DNA of 35,682 bases from a virus (IMGVR_UViG_3300028591_000112:95934-131615), one strand, 5' to 3'; positions 1-9,374 are shown, counted from the first letter of the stretch. Program-made: numbers and translations. Notes: generated by a model not told the origin, from the sequence alone.

Positions 1-706
1 TATTTTTTACAGCCTCATCAACTAAATCATTTAATCCATGTTGAGATTCATATTTTTCAGTTATTCCATCAATAGTTAAATTAATTGTAAGTCCAGGACA
101 TAAACAACTAATTGTATTAACTAAATCTTTTACTTTATTTTCTTCTACAGAAGTATGAGTAAAAAATTCTTCACTTGGAGTCCATATAACTGATGTACCT
201 GTTAGTGCGGGATCACGATAAGTTTCGCTCTCTCTTTTATTAAATACACCTTCTACAAATTGTATATGTTCAACTTCTGAATCTCTCCAAGTTTTAACAT
301 CTAAAGTATGAGATAAAAATGTAGTGATTTTAGATCCGATACCAAAACTACCTAAAGAAGTTCCTTCATATGTTCCATCTTCACGATATTTACCTGAAGT
401 ATTTAAAACGCTAAAAGCAGCTTCAAGAACTGTTTTTCCATCTTCTCTATATTCATTAGGAATAAAACCTTGACCATAATCTCTAACTTCTATTTGAGTA
501 TCTTTATCTTTATTTTTAATTTTTATATCTATTTGTTTACCATGACCTAATCTAAATTCATCAACAGCATTAGATAAAATTTCAACTAATAGTTGTGTTG
601 AATATGTTGTATCACCAGCATAAACACCAGGTTTAAGTCTTGTAAACTCTAAAGGTGATAAAGATTCAATACTATCTTTTGTATATAATTTTTTATCTTC
701 TTTCAT
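1..706 (-). CDS. gyrB: Type II topoisomerase (GyrB/ParE-like) subunit B, N-terminal ATPase part; runs off window
   Basis: Manual translation MKEDKKLYTKDSIESLSPLEFTRLKPGVYAGD...LLVEILSNAVDE...VRDYGQGFIP...GSFGIGSKITTFLS matches GHKL motifs of GyrB/ParE. Confidence 0.88.
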   Translation of the reverse strand, partial: MKEDKKLYTKDSIESLSPLEFTRLKPGVYAGDTTYSTQLLVEILSNAVDEFRLGHGKQIDIKIKNKDKDTQIEVRDYGQGFIPNEYREDGKTVLEAAFSVLNTSGKYREDGTYEGTSLGSFGIGSKITTFLSHTLDVKTWRDSEVEHIQFVEGVFNKRESETYRDPALTGTSVIWTPSEEFFTHTSVEENKVKDLVNTISCLCPGLTINLTIDGITEKYESQHGLNDLVDEAVKN

Positions 707-772
707 AATTTTTTTCCTTTCTATAATTTTCCATATTAATTATATTAAAAATTTGGCATAAAATCAAAAAAA

Positions 773-1288
773 TTACTCTATGGATAGAGTAATATTATTT
801 TCTTTTAAAATTTTGGCTAATTTTGAAGTATTGCCGCTTTTTTCTGCAACGGCATATGCATCCGCCAGTTCATTTCCAATTTCATTATTATGTCCTGTTA
901 TTTTATATAATCTATAATTTGGAAATTCTTTTATTGCATATTCATATAATGGTTTAATTAAATCTAAATTTTTTATTTCTTGTTTTGAACTATTAATTCA
1001 ATTATTGGCAGCTCAATTATAAATTCATTCATTAAATATATTTACTACATATGAACTATCACTATATATACACACTTCATAATCTTTATATTTAGTTGTA
1101 GCTAATTCAAGAGCTTTTAGAAGTCCTTTTAATTCCATTCTATTATTTGTAGTTTCAGGTTTATCATAATCGTCTTTACCCATATATGCATCTCATATTG
1201 TATTGGCGGCCGCATCATAATTAACGCAACTTCATCCGCCTATTCCAGGATTCCCACTACATGCTCCATCACAAAAAATATTTATCAT
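773..1288 (-). CDS. rnhA: Ribonuclease HI (code 4, 171 aa)
   Basis: MINIFCDGACSGNPGIGG(TGA=W), TTNNRMEL, DSSYV, NE(W)IYN(W)AANN(W), GHNNEIGNELAD; four in-frame TGA at conserved Trp positions. Confidence 0.95.
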
Positions 1289-1320
1289 ATTCTCATCACC
1301 TCTTATAATAAAAGACAGTA

Positions 1321-1773
1321 TTAAATACTGTCTTTCTTTTTATTTTGTATTTTTTGTAAAAAATTTTCTTTATCCTGTCTATAATTAATTATTTTCTTTC
1401 AAATTAAGTCTGCAAAGTTATTAACAGAAACACTAAAAGTGTTTAATTTATCTCGAGATAGATACATTTCTTTTCTTAGTTGACGAGCTTCTAAACTATC
1501 TTTATTATAATCTTTCATTTTATTTAGTTTTTCATTTAAACGATATAAAGTTTGATATTCATTTTTTAAGATTTTCTTTTGAGCTTTAAGAAATTTTAAT
1601 CCAGCACGCATTTCCGCAATTTCACAACCAAAAAAGCGTGATTCAATATCTTTATCTTCTTCATGTAATTTTGCAGTACCTGTAAATTCTCCTAAATAAG
1701 TAGTTATTATAACATAAGAAGTTTTTGATACAGAATTATAATCACTATATTTAACATTATATTTTTCATTCAT
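1321..1773 (-). CDS. Hypothetical protein (code 4, 150 aa)
   Basis: GGAG RBS before ATG 1773; TGA at 1399-1401 read as Trp extends the ORF to TAA 1321-1323, which lies inside a terminator-like inverted repeat. Confidence 0.7.
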
Positions 1774-1843
1774 TTTATTCAACTCTCCTATTGTTATAAT
1801 AATTAAAAATTTAGCATTTTTCAAATAACATATTATTCAACTC

Positions 1844-2182
1844 CTATACTGGTTTATGTCCGCACTCTGCAGAATTATTACTATTCCAACAACGACCATT
1901 AACATTGAAAGGACAATCATTACATGAACAAATAAATAAATCTCCTATTTTTTGTTTTGTTCCATCTTCAGAAAAACGGCCTAATTCAAATTCCATATCA
2001 AAATCTTCTTTTGTATATCCACCTATTTCTCTGACTTCTGCATGATTTGTTTCTTTTTTACAATTAATACAGTATAATTTTTTTAAATGTCCAGGCTCTC
2101 TTTGTTGACCTGAATTTCTTAAAATATCAAAGCCTTCTTGTCCACATTGGGTACAATAAAATTTGCTTGTTAAAAAATTCAT
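1844..2182 (-). CDS. Cys-rich hypothetical protein with zinc-ribbon motifs
   Basis: CTQC and CINC pairs, C-terminal Cys cluster; AAGGAG RBS. Confidence 0.75.
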   Translation of the reverse strand: MNFLTSKFYCTQCGQEGFDILRNSGQQREPGHLKKLYCINCKKETNHAEVREIGGYTKEDFDMEFELGRFSEDGTKQKIGDLFICSCNDCPFNVNGRCWNSNNSAECGHKPV

Positions 2183-2419
2183 TTTTATAAAATCTCCTTT
2201 CCATATATTTATATATTAACATTATATAATAAATTTATATAATTATCAAATAGAATAAAAATGCCTTTATTTTTGAAAATGAATAACAAAGTTCAACCTT
2301 ATTATTTATATACGCGGGCGCGCGCATGTGATTATATTAAAAATTAAAATAAAAATCAAATTGATTATTAATAAAAAATAATATATAATATAAATATAAA
2401 AAGAAAGGAATTGATTATT

Positions 2420-2692
2420 ATGATAAGAATAAACAATCCATTTGATATTTCTAAAGATGGCGGCAATGCTTTTATTGATGGAATAAATTTTCATATTAGA
2501 AACAGTGATGAAATAAAAAGAAAAATTATAAACAATTTAGATTATTATGTATATGTAACTACTATTAATATGGAAGAAAAAACTCCATTAAAAATATTAG
2601 ATAAGATTTTAAATTATTTGTCTATTGATTATGAAGAATTAACAATAGTTGATGAACATGATATATTAGATAAATTAAGAAAATATTGTTAA
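2420..2692 (+). CDS. Hypothetical protein
   Basis: ORF track, AAAGGA RBS, upstream TTGATT/TATAAT promoter. Confidence 0.7.
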   Translation: MIRINNPFDISKDGGNAFIDGINFHIRNSDEIKRKIINNLDYYVYVTTINMEEKTPLKILDKILNYLSIDYEELTIVDEHDILDKLRKYC

Positions 2693-2753
2693 AATTTTTG
2701 ACAAATTATAAAATTTATATTAAAATATAATTAAGAAAAGGAGGAAGAGTACA

Positions 2754-3140
2754 ATGGAAAAAGAAAAGAAAATAACTAAAGAACAATATTTAATACAATT
2801 AATAACAATAGTAGAAAATTCAAATGAAGATAATAAAAATGATTTAATCTACTTCCTTAATTCTCAAATAGAGTCACTAAAGAATAAAGCGGCTAAAGCT
2901 AAAGAAAGAGCTGCAATTAAAAAAGCAGAAGGCGATTCATTAAGAGAAGAAGTTAAATCTGTTCTTACAAATGAGTTTCAAACTGCAGATGAAATTTTAG
3001 CTCAATTAAATGGAGAAGATTTAACCGTTGCTAAAGTTAGAGCTCGTTTAACTCAATTAGTTAATTTAGGTGAAGCTATAAAAGATGATAAAAAAGTTGA
3101 CGATAAGAAAACTAAAAAAGCATATAAATTAGCTGATTAA
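2754..3140 (+). CDS. Small coiled-coil plus winged-helix-like protein (paralog family A)
   Basis: Similar by eye to 26030-26374, 31749-32114 and 32850-33221; AGGAGG RBS. Confidence 0.75.
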   Translation: MEKEKKITKEQYLIQLITIVENSNEDNKNDLIYFLNSQIESLKNKAAKAKERAAIKKAEGDSLREEVKSVLTNEFQTADEILAQLNGEDLTVAKVRARLTQLVNLGEAIKDDKKVDDKKTKKAYKLAD

Positions 3141-3196
3141 TATAAAATGTGCTTAAAGCACATTTTTTTATTATAAAGTTGTAAGGAGAGTATAAT

Positions 3197-4036
3197 ATGA
3201 AATATTGTATTAATTTTTATGGTAAACAAATTGATTTATTAGATACAATAGATGAGATAAATATTAATGTTTCTAAAATACAAGATTTAAATGAATTAAA
3301 AGATTTTTGTGAATTACATAAAAATCAAAGGATAAATTTATGTATAAATGATTGACAAGAAGGATTAAATAATAAATTTTTTGATTTATGTTTTACCTTT
3401 CAAGAAAATAATCCCGCATATAATATAGCAATTCGTTTACCAAATTGAGATAAAGGATTATGTTTAGCTTTAAAAGAAAAATATCCTCAAGCAAAAGTTT
3501 ATTTTGGAACAATGATAAATAATTGGGATACACTAGTTTGTTATTTAAATTATGGCGTTTCTGATGTTATTATTGCGGAGGCTCTTGGTTTTGAATTAGA
3601 TACTGTTGCAGAAATTGCTCATAGTAAAGAGGTTCAAGTGAGAGTTTTTCCAAATGTTGCGCAATCAATTTTTAAAGATATGCCTGATAAATTAAAATTT
3701 TGGATTAGACCTGAAGATATTGAAACTTGCGAAACATATATTGATGTATGTGAATTTTATGGCGAAGACGATAAACAAAATTTATATTATAATATATATA
3801 ATATAGATAAAAAATGGTCAGGTTCGTTAGGAGAAATAATTATTGGGTTGAGTAATGAAATTAATAGTATGACACTTTCTCCAGCATTTATAAATAAAAG
3901 AATTAGATGTAATAGAGAATGTATGAAAGGGAAAAAGTGCCAATTATGCGATCATATGGTTGATCTATCTAAATTATTAGAACAAGCAAATTTAAGAATT
4001 TCAATAAAAGATGAGGAGGAAGAAAATAATGGCTAG
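3197..4036 (+). CDS. Possible peptidase U32-like protein (code 4, 279 aa)
   Basis: ATG 3197 after AAGGAG, in frame with track ORF 3512 through two TGA; GVSDVIIAEALGFEL...VQVRVFPN resembles U32 barrel strands; C-terminal Cys cluster. Confidence 0.5.
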
Positions 4037-4328
4037 AGGAGCGATAGCAAAAACTGAAATATCAAAAAAAATATTAGATACTTTTGAAGGTAGTTTTTTA
4101 TATAATGACGGAAAAGAAATTAGAATTCCATATACTGAAGATGGAGAATTAATTCAAATAAAAATAACTTTAACTGCCGCAAAAGAAAATGTTTCAATTG
4201 GGGAGGATAACGCGATCCCAGGAGAAATTAGCGAGACAAAAACTGTTGTAGATACTAAACAAAAAATAGAACCAACAGAAGAAGAGAAACAAAATGTTGA
4301 TGATTTATTAAAGGCGTTAGGGCTATAA
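4029..4328 (+). CDS. Hypothetical protein
   Basis: GGAGGA RBS; start MARGAIAK overlaps the upstream stop. Confidence 0.75.
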   Translation: MARGAIAKTEISKKILDTFEGSFLYNDGKEIRIPYTEDGELIQIKITLTAAKENVSIGEDNAIPGEISETKTVVDTKQKIEPTEEEKQNVDDLLKALGL

Positions 4329-4334
4329 TGTTTA

Positions 4335-4363
4335 TTGATATTAAATAAAAATTTTAATATAAT
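4335..4363 (+). promoter_or_regulatory. Sigma70-type promoter upstream of a non-coding tract and tRNA-Arg
   Basis: TTGATA-17 bp-TATAAT. Confidence 0.7.
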
Positions 4364-4399
4364 ATAAATGTAAATATGAAAAAATAATAATAAATATAA

Positions 4400-4828
4400 A
4401 AGGAGAAGTAATAAAACTTCTAGGAGTATAAAGGTTTACCTTTTTGATATTATTAGACTGAGTAATATTTATAATGTTAATTAACGCAGACTAGAGTTAA
4501 TCTTTGTATTTTTGGTAAAAACTCCAACCTAAGTCTTACAATTAAGAAAAAATACAAGTGTATGTTTATGGTTGCTGACTAAGCCGTTCATAACAAATTA
4601 TTATGAACCCTGTTAAAGGTACGATATTCAACTATAGATAAGAATATCCTCTTATAAGTTGGGGAATAAGTATTATATTAGCAATATAAGAAAAATAACC
4701 ACATTATACGATAACTTAGTCATTAAAAGCAAAATTGAGGCTGACCTGCCAACAGACATGCGGGAGTCTGTTCGGTGAATGTTTGAACTAGGTTCATCAA
4801 TCATTGAGCGGCTGCCGCGAACTTTCTT
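4400..4828 (+). ncRNA. Putative structured ncRNA (~430 nt), unassigned
   Basis: No credible ORF; helices ttgtattttt/aaaaatacaa, tgactaag/cttagtca, gttcataa/ttatgaac, aacagac/gtctgtt. Confidence 0.55.
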
Positions 4829-4830
4829 AT

Positions 4831-4905
4831 GTCCTTTTAGTCTAATGGATAAAACATGTGGCCACGGACCACAAGTTCTGGGTTCGAGTCCTAGAAGGGA
4901 CACCA
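4831..4905 (+). tRNA. tRNA-Arg(ACG), C33 variant
   Basis: Cloverleaf; anticodon arm tgtgg-ccacgga-ccaca; encoded CCA. Confidence 0.9.
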
Positions 4906-5105
4906 TATATAAAAAATTAGGGTAATTTTTGTTTATTGTTTTAAAGCAAAAATCAAATATATATAGATAGACAAATAAGTCTATCTATATATAGCCTTCT
5001 TTCTAAATGTCAATGGGAGTATAAATATATTAAATATATACTCCCTATTGATTTTTTCTTAAAAATATTATATAATAATAATATAAAAAGGAAGGAGTGT
5101 TTAAT

Positions 5106-5336
5106 ATGAGTTTACTTACAGAAGAAACAACAAATAAAAATACTTATTTTGTAACAGTAATTGAGACTTTAAAGAAAAAAGTTGAAGTTGAAGCAGATAG
5201 CGAAAGTGATGCTATTGCTAAAGTTGAACACGCTTATAAAAAATGTGATATAATATTAGATGCAGATGATTTTACTGGAGTAAAATTTAAAATATCTAAA
5301 GTAATAGAAAATATTGAAGATGAAGAAGAAGAATAA
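5106..5336 (+). CDS. DpnD/PcfM-like small protein
   Basis: YFVTVIETLKKKVEVEADSESDAIAKV...IILDADDF matches the family pattern as I recall it. Confidence 0.75.
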   Translation: MSLLTEETTNKNTYFVTVIETLKKKVEVEADSESDAIAKVEHAYKKCDIILDADDFTGVKFKISKVIENIEDEEEE

Positions 5337-5341
5337 TATAT

Positions 5342-5720
5342 ACTAGGAAAAGATAAAAATCTTTGCAAAGACATTGTCTATTGATGAAGTCTTAGTTTCT
5401 AAGCGGGGCCAGGTACATGTAGAAAAGGGCTGAAAATCGCTATATAAATCAAGGAAAGTTTTTCTATATTATACTTACTGCTCGAGAAGTAGATAAGTCC
5501 TATTGCAGAGAAATCTGTGAATGTTGCCAGACGATAAATAAAATGCCAAGTGAAATTGCGGTGAATCTTACAACTCTAAGATAGTTTAAGACTTGGAATG
5601 TAGTAGCTTGAACAGGTGGAGAATCGGGACTCCTGTTAAATATATTAATTGGTTATATACTACCTTATGGACTCTAAACAAAAGTATAGGTTGGCATTAG
5701 CGGAAAGCCGTTTCCATAAA
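5342..5720 (+). ncRNA. Putative structured ncRNA (~380 nt), unassigned
   Basis: No ORF; helices aatgccaa/ttggcatt, aacagg/cctgtt, gcaga-gaaa-tctgt, tagaaaa/ttttcta. Confidence 0.5.
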
Positions 5721-5739
5721 TAAATATTTCCGCCGTTCT

Positions 5740-5846
5740 CTACGGATAAAATCGGTAATAGCTATCCGATACCTGAATCTAGCGGGTGGAGGTAATAAAT
5801 AGGGAAAATCTCATGTTTGTTGGTGTAAACCCAACTCCGTAGTCCA
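5740..5846 (+). ncRNA. Non-canonical tRNA-like RNA ending in CCA
   Basis: ctacgga/tccgtag acceptor stem + T + CCA; T-arm gttgg-tgtaaac-ccaac; arm acctg-aatctag-cgggt. Confidence 0.6.
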
Positions 5847-5849
5847 TTT

Positions 5850-5924
5850 GCCCTTGTAGTATAATGGCTAGTACAGTTGACTTGTAATCATCAAATGGCA
5901 GTTCGAATCTGTCCTGGGGCACCA
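5850..5924 (+). tRNA. tRNA-Thr(UGU)
   Basis: Cloverleaf, loop cttgtaa, CCA. Confidence 0.92.
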
Positions 5925-6040
5925 TTTAAAAAAATTGGAAATATCTAGAAAAATAAGATAGGCGGAAACGCGATTGATACTTAAGGTATAGAGGATGGAT
6001 CGCCAAGCTTCTTGTGGTGTGTTTGGAGAAGCAAAATTTT

Positions 6041-6116
6041 GTGGGTATCGTATAGTTGGTTAGTATGCGAGTCTTCCAAACTTGGGGCGCGGGTTCGAAT
6101 CCCGCTACCCACTCCA
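6041..6116 (+). tRNA. tRNA-Gly(UCC)
   Basis: Cloverleaf, loop cttccaa, U73 CCA. Confidence 0.95.
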
Positions 6117-6117
6117 T

Positions 6118-6191
6118 GCAGGATTAGTTTAATGGTAGAACGAGACCTTGCCAAGGTTTAGGTGCGAGTTCAATTCTCACATCCTGCTCCA
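6118..6191 (+). tRNA. tRNA-Gly(GCC)
   Basis: Cloverleaf, loop ttgccaa, U73 CCA. Confidence 0.93.
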
Positions 6192-6255
6192 AGATTTTTT
6201 TGACTTTTTTATAAAAATATATTATAATATTTATATAGAAAAGGGAATGATAAAT

Positions 6256-6630
6256 ATGAAAAAGTTTAATGAAAATAAAGAATATTTTTGGGAATACGAT
6301 TATTGGTTTGGAGAAGATTTTTTAAAAGGAATTTTTAAAGACCAATATTTAAGAAAATTTTCATTAGATGGTGCAGGTATTTATCATTTATTATTAATAG
6401 ATAATAAAATATATAGTTTATCATTGAAGGAAACTAATAAGTTATTATTAAATGATGGTAAAAAAGCATTTAGAGATGAAACAAAAGATATAATAATTCA
6501 AGATATTAGTAATGAATTTACTAAAATGGGTATTGAACATACTATTAATGGAGGTAAATTTATTACATTTAAAATATTTGATTATATAGGAAAAATAGAA
6601 ATCGTTAAAAAGGCGGCAATGCCTAGCTAA
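6256..6630 (+). CDS. Hypothetical protein
   Basis: Own TTGACT/TATAAT promoter and AAGGG RBS; the track's upstream extension overlaps a tRNA. Confidence 0.75.
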   Translation: MKKFNENKEYFWEYDYWFGEDFLKGIFKDQYLRKFSLDGAGIYHLLLIDNKIYSLSLKETNKLLLNDGKKAFRDETKDIIIQDISNEFTKMGIEHTINGGKFITFKIFDYIGKIEIVKKAAMPS

Positions 6631-6705
6631 TGCCCTCGGAAGTTTTAGGACTGACCGTGAAAGCTCGAGTATTCCGTGTGAAACTGTGAGAAAGGCGCGA
6701 GCTAT

Positions 6706-6782
6706 GGCGGTGTAGCACAGTTGGCTAGTGCAGCGGATTCATACCCCGCAGGTCATAGGTTCAAATCCTATTGCCGCCACCA
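6706..6782 (+). tRNA. tRNA-Met(CAU), elongator type
   Basis: Cloverleaf, loop ttcatac, G1-C72. Confidence 0.9.
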
Positions 6783-6885
6783 TTTTGTGTTTATAATAAT
6801 ACATAGGGGTACTCGACCATTATCCCTCGAACATTCTTTAGCGGGAATAAGTAGAAAAGTAGTGCACTACAATGGCTGTCCCTAT

Positions 6886-6961
6886 GGGGAGTTAGTGATA
6901 ACGGTTAGCATGCCTGATTTGCAATCAGGCGGTAAGGGTTCGATTCCCTTACTCTCCACCA
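6886..6961 (+). tRNA. tRNA-Ala(UGC)
   Basis: Cloverleaf, G3-U70, loop tttgcaa. Confidence 0.95.
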
Positions 6962-6986
6962 TAAGTTGAAAGGAACGATTTTATAG

Positions 6987-7187
6987 ATGAGTAAGAGACT
7001 AATTGAAAAGAAGGAACGAATTGCATTGAAAGTTCATCAATATGAGATTGAAGGCAAAACAATCCGAGCTAAATATTGGCAACGAAAATTAAATAAAATT
7101 GCCGATATAGAAAAGAAGGCAGCAGCTTTAATTAAAAGAAAGTTAGCTACACAAGGCATCAAGAAGTTGAATACTGTAAAAATTTAG
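6987..7187 (+). CDS. Small basic hypothetical protein
   Basis: GAAAGGA RBS; followed by hairpin aagactggtt/agccagtctt. Confidence 0.65.
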   Translation: MSKRLIEKKERIALKVHQYEIEGKTIRAKYWQRKLNKIADIEKKAAALIKRKLATQGIKKLNTVKI

Positions 7188-7233
7188 CGATAAGACTGGT
7201 TTTAGAAGCCAGTCTTCGCAAACTTTTATCCAT

Positions 7234-7309
7234 TGCCCCGTAGCCAAGTGGTAAGGCATCAGACTTTGACTCTGACATTTCCCTGGTCCGAATCCAGGCG
7301 GGGCAACCA
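7234..7309 (+). tRNA. tRNA-Gln(UUG)
   Basis: Cloverleaf, U1-A72, loop ctttgac. Confidence 0.92.
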
Positions 7310-7369
7310 TTATTTTAAAGCTCTATATTAAGTTTTTATTTCAATTTTTTATTTTTAGGAGGTTTTTAT

Positions 7370-7765
7370 ATGGATTTTTTAGATGATATTTTTAGTCCGT
7401 TTATTTGGGATAAAAATTTTTATAATTTTACAAGAGAAGAAAAGGATATGCATCCTTATTCAGTAATTTGTCATGAAGATGGTTCAGTTACTATCGTACA
7501 TAATGTATTAGGTTTAAATAAAGAAGATATAAAATTAGTTGCAAAAGAAATGCATGGAAAAGGTTATATTTTAATTGCAGGTAAAACTGTAGATGAAATA
7601 ACTAAAAAAACTTATTCTATCAATTCTAGATTTGAATGTAATGTTCAAAGATGCGACTTAGATAAGATTACTTCAAATATGAAAAATGGTTTATTATATA
7701 TTAATATTGAAGCAAAAGAAAATAAACCACAAGAGAAGAAAGAAAATATTATCACAATATCTTAA
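7370..7765 (+). CDS. Small heat-shock protein (Hsp20/alpha-crystallin family)
   Basis: VLGLNKEDIKL...ILIAG...DLDKITSNMKNGLLYINI motif; AGGAGG RBS. Confidence 0.85.
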   Translation: MDFLDDIFSPFIWDKNFYNFTREEKDMHPYSVICHEDGSVTIVHNVLGLNKEDIKLVAKEMHGKGYILIAGKTVDEITKKTYSINSRFECNVQRCDLDKITSNMKNGLLYINIEAKENKPQEKKENIITIS

Positions 7766-7796
7766 TTTTAGTTCTTAATATAGAGCTAAAATATAT

Positions 7797-7873
7797 GCGG
7801 GATTAGCACAGTTGGTTAGCGCGGCTGCCCTACAAGCAGTAGGTCCTAGGTTCGAGTCCTAGATTCCGCACCA
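7797..7873 (+). tRNA. tRNA-Val(UAC), C33 variant
   Basis: Cloverleaf; arm gctgc-cctacaa-gcagt. Confidence 0.92.
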
Positions 7874-7921
7874 TTTTGAACTTTAATGCATATGTAGAAA
7901 TATATATGCATTTTTTTATAT

Positions 7922-8013
7922 GCGGGTATACCCAAGTTCGGCTGAAGGGGGCTGCCTACTAAGCAGCTAGGTCGTTTTTTGATGCGAAGGTTCGAATCCT
8001 TCTGCCCGCGCCA
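7922..8013 (+). tRNA. tRNA-Ser(ACU)
   Basis: Long variable arm, G73; arm gctgc-ctactaa-gcagc. Confidence 0.9.
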
Positions 8014-8077
8014 TTTAATTTTTATTGATTTTTTTATTTATTTATAATATAATATAAATAGGAAAGGTGATTAATAT

Positions 8078-8494
8078 ATGAGATTATGGCATACAAAATT
8101 AATAAATTCATTACCTAATATGCATTTACAGGCACAATGGAGAGAACTATCTGCTATTGCGGGGGCTATTCAAAAGAATGGAACTCCTAATCATGTTTTA
8201 GTAAATTTTGTATTAGATTATGATTATGATAATTTTATTTCTTATGCTTATTATTTAAGAGAAGAAATGAATAATAGAAAAATTAGAACTATGAATTCTG
8301 TATGGGAGAAAATAGTAAGTTTAAAACCTAATTATACTTTATTATCATTAAATGATACATATAAAGAAAAAATGAATGATACTTATTTAATTATTTGTTA
8401 TTATAATTTATTTGAGAAATATTTATGTGGAATGTTTGGTAATGAAGATTGGGAAAAAATAGAAAAAACATTTAAAATGATACGCGGCCTTTAG
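8078..8494 (+). CDS. Pyrimidine dimer DNA glycosylase / endonuclease V-like protein
   Basis: N-terminal MRLWH..LI..LP..HL.AQWREL is typical of the family. Confidence 0.8.
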   Translation: MRLWHTKLINSLPNMHLQAQWRELSAIAGAIQKNGTPNHVLVNFVLDYDYDNFISYAYYLREEMNNRKIRTMNSVWEKIVSLKPNYTLLSLNDTYKEKMNDTYLIICYYNLFEKYLCGMFGNEDWEKIEKTFKMIRGL

Positions 8495-8517
8495 TCTGTA
8501 AACAATAGGCGTATCTA

Positions 8518-8620
8518 GGTTAAATAATCTGGATATTGTTTAAAATAAGGCACAAAGCAATATCGTCAGGCGGAGATAGTGGGATTTACAGCGAGGATCG
8601 CCGCCTTTATTTAGCCACCA
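8518..8620 (+). ncRNA. Putative CCA-terminated structured RNA (tRNA mimic)
   Basis: ggttaaataa/ttatttagcc terminal helix + ACCA; internal helices gatattgttt/aaagcaatatc and aggcgg/ccgcct. Confidence 0.5.
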
Positions 8621-8641
8621 TTAAAAAGGAGAGTGTTTATT

Positions 8642-9043
8642 ATGGTAAAATATAATCATTATTTAAAAGAAATAGGAGTAGAAGAAAATGATTTTCCTTT
8701 TCAAGATAAATTTAATTTTGATGACTCTCGTTATATGGAAGATAAAGAAGGTTTTAAGCCTTGTGAATTTTGGAGTTTAGATTACTCTCTTGCTTGTTAT
8801 ATATACTCTCATTTATGCTATTTTAAAGAACATTGTTTAGTTGGAAATCCAGCATATTTGACTTTTGAACAATGGGAAGATATTTTAAATAAAATGATAA
8901 AAGCATTTAGACTATATATTCAAAAAGACGATTATAAATCAGACTCTATTGAAGAAAGAAAAAGAGTATCTAAAAATAAACAAAAACAAATTAAATATGG
9001 TATGCAATTATTTATTAAATATTTTCATGATTTATGGTTTTAG
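8642..9043 (+). CDS. Hypothetical phage protein
   Basis: ORF track, AAGGAG RBS. Confidence 0.75.
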   Translation: MVKYNHYLKEIGVEENDFPFQDKFNFDDSRYMEDKEGFKPCEFWSLDYSLACYIYSHLCYFKEHCLVGNPAYLTFEQWEDILNKMIKAFRLYIQKDDYKSDSIEERKRVSKNKQKQIKYGMQLFIKYFHDLWF

Positions 9044-9088
9044 CTATTGCTAGACCACTGTAATTAAATATATTTTAAATATAGTGGT

Positions 9089-9162
9089 GTGGCCATAGCA
9101 CAATGGTAGTGCGCTAGGTTGTGGCCCTAGTTATCTGAGTTCAATTCTCAGTGGTCACCCCA
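9089..9162 (+). tRNA. tRNA-His(GUG), no encoded G-1
   Basis: Cloverleaf, loop ttgtggc, C73. Confidence 0.92.
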
Positions 9163-9166
9163 TTTT

Positions 9167-9240
9167 GGTTCGGTAGCCAAGCGCTAAGGCAGAGGACTGC
9201 AACTCCTCGATCGTGTGTTGGAATCACACTCGAACCTCCA
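9167..9240 (+). tRNA. tRNA-Cys(GCA)
   Basis: Cloverleaf, loop ctgcaac, U73. Confidence 0.9.
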
Positions 9241-9243
9241 TAT

Positions 9244-9318
9244 ACAGAGATCGTTCAATCGGTAGGACATTGGTCTCCAAAACCAATTATCTAGGTTCGA
9301 GTCCTAGTCACTGTGCCA
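9244..9318 (+). tRNA. tRNA-Trp(CCA)
   Basis: Cloverleaf; arm ttggt-ctccaaa-accaa; G73. Confidence 0.93.
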
Positions 9319-9374
9319 TTTTTGATTTTTATATAAAAATATAATATAATATATATAGGAAAGGAGTGATTAAA

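Noticed and set aside
773..1288. RNase H and HNH genes as nonsense pseudogenes
   Set aside because: Every internal stop is TGA, several at conserved Trp positions, with intact frames
5667..5680. atggactctaaa resembles the pyrrolysine tRNA anticodon arm
   Set aside because: No complementary 3' stem strand or cloverleaf; TAG is used as a normal stop
6633..6885. Theta/HDV-like or hammerhead ribozymes in tRNA spacers
   Set aside because: Some pairing (agctcg/cgagct, ataggg/ccctat), but I could not build the required pseudoknot or catalytic core; the tRNAs already encode CCA
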